The translations under genes and the position numbers were made by a program. From positions 2,170,001 through 2,234,000 of the forward strand of contig JBHGNT010000016.1 in assembly GCA_043228905.1 (NCBI GenBank): DNA of 64,000 nucleotides. The letters are read 5' to 3'. Shown piece by piece: positions 58,186 to 64,000 of this stretch (within the stretch, counting starts at the first letter, position 1; each line of letters starts with the position of its first letter). The notes beneath the pieces are model-generated. The model was not told the DNA's origin. It made no database searches and saw only the letters and a program-made list of their open reading frames with translations. The stretch is from Azolla caroliniana. Its lineage: Eukaryota > Plantae > Polypodiophyta.

Positions 58186-61100
58186 TTTGAACACAACATG
58201 TCTTCCTTTGCATTCAGTTGGGTTCACGAAGACAATCGTTTCTTAAAACAAGCTAAGGTAAAAAAATATACACAAAGATTAATGTACCATTATGAAAGCT
58301 AACCTATGATGACATCTCTCTACACATATATATCAATGGACGAACTTTCTATAGGAAATCCAATTTGAAAAGTAGTTTCATGGAAGAAAGATTCAATAGA
58401 GATGTAGACCTAGATCTTAAAGTAAGTTCGAATAACCTTTACATTAAAATATGAAAAGAACAACCAATCAATATCAATAACATTTCATTCCTTGTATCTC
58501 TTTGAGTAATGTGGTTTGATTTGTGAAAGTAACAATATCACGACAAAGTAATACTCCAACACTAGTGAGTGACACAAATTTACGGAGCCCAATATTTCTC
58601 CAAATGATGCTTAGTGGTAAAGCCTAAGTGATCCATGATGGACACTTCTTTATGTTTGTATTTGGTATCTTTTTTTATCGTATTAGTATTGTCAATCAAA
58701 TGATTCACTTGTTGATACCCATAATGAATGGTGTTATTCTTTGTGGATAAATACAATGATAATTTTTAGCTTGCTTGATTATTCCTGTTCCAATCCATCA
58801 ATGCATACAAAATATACACAATACATACATACATAACCAAATACATAAAGAGAAAATAATATCCTCTTTCAAAATTTTATGTTATTATTTGTTCATATCC
58901 TAAATGTGAAGTTAGACGCCTTTGTATTCATTTCGGTTTCTAGTGCATGTAGAACTTGTGTCATGTCACTTTTCCCATATAGATTCTCCGTAATATATAC
59001 ATTCATTAATATATCAAAATTATGACATTCAATACAAACACCATATTTGTTCACCTTGTGCCTTTCAACTTGGATATTAGGTTGGTCCAATGTAAATTCT
59101 AGAATATGTTGGGGAACTTCAAAAATCTAAATGAAGAGTGCATCTAGCCTTAATTTTGAATACACTAGATACAATGGACGTACCATGTTGATGATAGAAC
59201 CCTTTACTCTATATCTTAGAGGCATAACCAATCGCCCTTGAACCTATTGGCAATGACATATGTAAAACTCGCTCTTATTTGTATACTATTGATGCTCAGA
59301 AATACATATTGTAAGTTGTACTCAACGTCTCTTCCCAATAGCTATTTATATAATGCCTAACATTTTTTTGTTTGGCTAGTAGCATATATTGCAAACAAAG
59401 CACATGTAGTCCATGTGTGGGTGAAAACCTTGGCAACCTAGCTCACCATTATGACGACGACAACCTCAAGCTGCAACTAGCGATACAATAAGTTTGCAAC
59501 CGAATGCATCAAATCAATGGAAGAACCAACAATGGCACAAAATTGGGCATCACAAAGGCTTACACTATTGCCCAAGACATCACGACAATCTGGTTTGATG
59601 AACAATAATGTTGACCAACCATATTACAATCCCAATCATTGTCAACGATTAATTTTGAGTTATGTTGGAGAAATTCATTTGTGCACAGTGTCTTCCACTA
59701 TAAGATATTGTATGCTTGGGTGGAACCTGCCAAGGTTTTTTATCAACAAAATGTTAAATTGAGGAAATATGTCAATATGGATGCAAGAAAAATATATGAA
59801 CCCAAAGATTACACAATTTAGACTAGAGGAAAGTGGATTAGTTATTTAGGTAGACATGGATATTTTATGTAAAAGAAGAGTGGATAGTTGTATTACAATC
59901 GTAAAATACAATTACCTAGTCATACGATCAATAAAAAGCCCAATAAAAATAAGTTTTTGTGATCTCCCTCACTTAACTTTATGCAAACAAAAACTAAACA
60001 AATTAGTCCTTATGAGTGAAAGTTAACCTACCACCATCCTGTACGTCAAAGATCATACAAACTTCTTCCCCCATATAGGCTTATCCATACTCCAATCAAA
60101 ACATCCAATGGAGTATAAACCCATCCACTTTTGTGTAGAATATCCAATTTCCATGTGAATATTAGAAAGGGTGGTTTGTATCGCATAATACATTATCTTT
60201 CGGCCCCTTATATTATTAAGCATCATAGTTCGTTGGTCTATGGGAGTTGATAGGAATGATGTCCACACACCTATAGATTGTGCTCGTCCACAATATAATT
60301 ATGCACATGCACATGTAGTACACATTCCTAACATGTCCCCTATGGTCAATAAATTACGAATTCCAAATCAAGTGTTGTCTAGAGAATTCAACTTCTATTT
60401 TTGGCAATCTCTTAACTTAATCAAGAGAAACATCTTTCCATGAATTAAGAACAAGTCGAGCAAATCTGTCTTCCCATTTTGTGTTCCACAAAACTCCATT
60501 GAAAACTAGGCCTCCAATCTCCCCTAGTTTTGTGGCAAAACCTTTGCAATTTGTATAACAACAATTGTTTCCCAATAGAAAGAAGTTGATTATGGAGGAT
60601 CAATTGTAAGATTGATGCTCAAAGCCCAATGGTAAAATAAAACCCCAAAAAAGATTATAAGATCCCAATAACTCCTAAGTAAGCCTTTTTATACTCATTT
60701 GTTACCTCTCAAACTAGCTTCCACTCTAGTTAGACCTTTTTCTTGATTGAGTCTTAGGTTTTCTATTTTATAACAATATGTGTGCTCGTGCTTTGCTTGT
60801 TTAATTATCTTAAGTGTGAATTCAAGTTTGGTATTTACAATATTTTCAATGTTAAAAATTTCATAATGTGCACATGTCTTGAATGACTAATATTTCCAAA
60901 CTAACATTTACTCTCTTTGCGACCATGGACAATGTTGTCCTTAGTGATCGTACACACCATGAGTCGATGGCAACATGACACAAAGAAAGGCAATGATGGA
61001 TAACACTATCCAGTTGGCATTGGTGGTAACTGAACCACTAACCTTCAACTATCATGATTGCTCAAGAGAACCAAAAGCGTGAAAAAAAAGTTGTCTATTT

Positions 61101-62215
61101 CATGAACCTAGATGAGGTTGTTACAAGACCGCCCAAAGATGAAATCTATGTACAATGATCTTTTTGTCACAACTCGTCAAAATTCAAAAGCTGCTTGGGC
61201 ATATTGATGAGACCTACAAAGACCTCATTCATCAACTACAACTTGGGCTAAACTCAATTGTAGAGGAAGAACCCATTCTAATTTAACCATCCTTCCAATT
61301 GTGGAGATAACGGGGAAACTGAGCCGACCAAGCTAAATGAGTGAGAACATTTAAAGAATAATTTAAGCGGCTAGAACAACCTTGAGAGGAAGGGACGAAA
61401 CGGGTGAGCTTTACATCCGATGAAAAGAGATGTACTGACAATCTTTCAAGAGGCGTGCATAAACAATGAAGGGGGGGTGGATGGAGTGAGGGGTGACATC
61501 AAAGGGAAATAAGGAGAGGTATATGGATGCCTAGCACGAGGCTAGAACATATATCTATACGTACCCATTACATGAGTGATTGAACAAAGAGAGGGTACAT
61601 GCATACATAAGTACATAGGTACATACGTACGTACATCCATCCATCCATACATATGTACGTATGTACCTACATACATACATGTTTGAGGCGGTGGCGGAGA
61701 TAGATTTATTTCACGACATGTGTGTATATTTTGTGTGCCTCTTCTCTGGGAGGGAAAACTCTCATTCTTGGCACATAACTATCTATCTATGATCTATCTA
61801 TCTCTATTTGTTTCCCTTATCTTACACCATAAATCAACAAAAACACACACATTCTCTCTTTCTCTCTCTTTTTTATCTCTTGGAAGGCCAAAGCTAAGCT
61901 AGGGTTCTGTTTCTGACTGTGGATTTTCTCTCTTGTTTTTTTTGGCTTTCCATATACTATATAGGTAGCTGTTCTACATATTATATGTACATATACATAC
62001 TTCATCCATCCTTGTGCTTTGCTTTCCGTTGTTGCTGTTTTTTGCCTTTGCTTTTTGCTTTTTTCGCTTCGCGTCTATTTTGGTTTGCCTGCTTGTTTTT
62101 GAAAGATTCTGCATTTTTCCCGCTCTTTGATCTTCTTCCTTCACTCTGAACAGAAATTGGAAGAGATCCTCTCTTGTTTCCCCTGCGCAGATCCCTCAAA
62201 AATGGAACTCGACAG

Positions 62216-62762
62216 GTATGCTCCTCTGTGCTAAGACATCTGTGCTGTTTTGTGTTTGATCAGTTTCCACACAGAAATTCTTGGCCCTTAGGTTTTGGGG
62301 AGCATTTGATTTTACACAGATTTTGACCCTAATGTTTTTAGCCCATTTCATTTTACACAAAATTTTGCCTAGGATTCTGATTTTTAACAGAATTATCGTT
62401 CCAGGTTTTAAAACCGTGTGACTGGATACATATTTTGCACTGGGGTTGAAACGGTTTTATTTTCACATTGAAAATTTTCCCAGGGTTTATAAAGATTTGA
62501 TTTTACATAGTATTTTGCTTTAGGATTCGGGGCACATTTGATTCTGCAAAGTTTTTTGCCCCAGTTTTTGGTGTCCATTTGATTGTACACAAGAATTTGC
62601 TCTAGGTTCTGGAACCTTTATGGTTTTATTCACAAAAAATTTCCCTAGGGTTTGATCCCAATCGATTTTACATTAAAATTTGGCAAATTAGGGTTTCAAC
62701 CACATTGGGTTCCATGATGATATGATGTGGCTTTTGGGAACTTTGATAAAAAACTTTTTCAG
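62216..62762. repeat. Degenerate minisatellite filling a probable 5' UTR intron
   Basis: Repeated gattttacaca.aattttgccctagggtt units between donor AG|GTATG (62215/62216) and a candidate acceptor tttttcag (62762). Confidence 0.6.
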
Positions 62763-62808
62763 ATGAGTATGAATTCATGATATTTTCTACCCTAAGATTA
62801 TTCAAGAC

Positions 62809-64000
62809 ATGGTTACACCTAATCCCTCTTCAGTGGAGGATTTCTCTAATTCTAGAGATGATGTAAATAAAGCTAATCCTCCTATGGAGGATAAATCTTC
62901 CTTTGCTATGGATGATGACAGTTCAAAAGAAGAAGAAGATGATGAGGATGAGGATGGGGATGAAGATATAGAAGAAGAAGAGGAAGATGATGATGATGAT
63001 GATGACAATGATGACGATGACAATGATGAAGAAGAAGAAGTAGTAGAAGAAGTGGTAGAAGAAGAAGAAGAAATGGAAGGAGACGAAGAAGAGGAAGAGG
63101 AGGAAGAAGAAGAAGAAGAAGATGAAGAAGTAGAAGAAGTAGTAGTAGTGGAAGAAGAAGAAGAGGAAGAAGAAGAAGCAGAAGAAGAGGAAGACGAAGA
63201 CATAGAAGAAGTAGAAGCACAAGAACAAGAACAAGAACAACAAGATCAAGAACAAGAGCAAGAGAAAGAGCAAGAGAAAGAGAAAGAGAAAGATAAAGAG
63301 AAAGAGCAAGAGCAAGACCAAAAACAAGAACATGAGCAAGAGCAAGAGCAAGAACAAGGGCAAGACCAAAAACAAGATTATGTACAAGCTCAGGCACAGG
63401 CACAAGAATACGAACACGAACATGCACAAGCACATGAACAATCACAAGTTCATGAACAAACACAAGATCAGGAACAAGCACAAGCACAAGCACAAGCACA
63501 AGCACAAGCACAAGAACAAGCTCATGAGCAAGCACAAGCTCAGGAACAAGCACAAGCTCAGGAACAAGCACAAGCACAGGAACAAGCACAAACACAAACA
63601 CAAGAACAGGCACACACACAAGCACAAGCACAAGTACAACAACAAGAAATAGAAGAGCACGGTCTACATCAACAGGGAGAATTTATATCAGCAGATAACA
63701 ATCCGTCAACAACTGCTAATAAAGAAGCAAATGAGCTTAGACTACAGAAAGAGTCACATGACCATCAAGGCAAGGTTGTGATTCCGCTACATGACTTTGT
63801 AGATTTAGCTGAAAGACAAGTGTCATTTGAACGACCTAAAAAGCGATTGCGGACAACAAGGATTCAACCACATGCATCTCATGTGGATTCAGCTATGAAG
63901 CATGTAGCAGATATTGTCTTAATCCTATCAGGGCTTGGGCTTATAAGGGCTGGTCAAAAGACAACGGATATAGAAAGGAAGCTTCAAGCTGAAGCTTATG
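62809..64000 (+). CDS. N-terminal part of a probable PHD-finger chromatin protein (OPF/PMS1-like) with long D/E and Q/A low-complexity N-terminus; incomplete
   Basis: Open frame from ATG 62809 to the window end (397 codons; absent from the ORF track because it has no stop). PKKRLR NLS-like motif, then MKHVADIVLILSGLGLIRAGQKTTDIERKLQAEA, resembling from memory the MKRVAEIVLVLSALGRMRGG..PT..E..LM.EA segment of At1g50620/At3g20280-type PHD proteins. Confidence 0.65.
   Translation, partial: MVTPNPSSVEDFSNSRDDVNKANPPMEDKSSFAMDDDSSKEEEDDEDEDGDEDIEEEEEDDDDDDDNDDDDNDEEEEVVEEVVEEEEEMEGDEEEEEEEEEEEEDEEVEEVVVVEEEEEEEEEAEEEEDEDIEEVEAQEQEQEQQDQEQEQEKEQEKEKEKDKEKEQEQDQKQEHEQEQEQEQGQDQKQDYVQAQAQAQEYEHEHAQAHEQSQVHEQTQDQEQAQAQAQAQAQAQEQAHEQAQAQEQAQAQEQAQAQEQAQTQTQEQAHTQAQAQVQQQEIEEHGLHQQGEFISADNNPSTTANKEANELRLQKESHDHQGKVVIPLHDFVDLAERQVSFERPKKRLRTTRIQPHASHVDSAMKHVADIVLILSGLGLIRAGQKTTDIERKLQAEAY

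Noticed and set aside
62802-63660. Minus-strand poly-Ser/Leu/Phe ORFs and the plus-strand KH-repeat ORF
   Set aside because: Antisense or off-frame readings of the D/E/Q-rich ORF that starts at 62809.

Overview
Eukaryotic nuclear DNA from a land plant: AT-rich, GT-AG introns, rich in microsatellites and transposon remnants; a fern or other seed-free plant is possible but not provable from this window. Hand-spliced gene models: peroxisomal glutamate:glyoxylate aminotransferase (GGAT, +, 13 exons, 480 aa, ends SRL); a plant-specific tail-membrane protein of unknown function (-); an ARM-repeat protein with a putative transit peptide (-, 9 exons, 865 aa); a ZMYND15/MSS51-like protein (-, 11 exons, 384 aa); an alpha-tubulin (+, 5 exons, 448 aa); a Mn-CDF/MTP pseudogene (-, 6 exons, one nonsense codon and one frameshift); and the start of a probable PHD-finger chromatin protein with a long acidic and Gln/Ala N-terminus that runs off the right edge. 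Mobile DNA: a 5'-truncated L1-type LINE with TSD, several LINE 3' fragments, a copia fragment, a solo LTR with a 5-bp TSD, and a hAT-like MITE nested in an inverted copy of itself. The most unusual signal is that many introns are built from gene-specific tandem arrays, and in the ARM gene these arrays copy the gene's own exon/intron donor junction (AG|GT), giving decoy or possible recursive splice sites. Other points of interest are a W-box-dense promoter triplication and (GA)n tracts beside 3' splice sites. No CRISPR array, rRNA or tRNA gene was seen. Family assignments rest on remembered motifs, not database searches, and coordinates were counted by hand.
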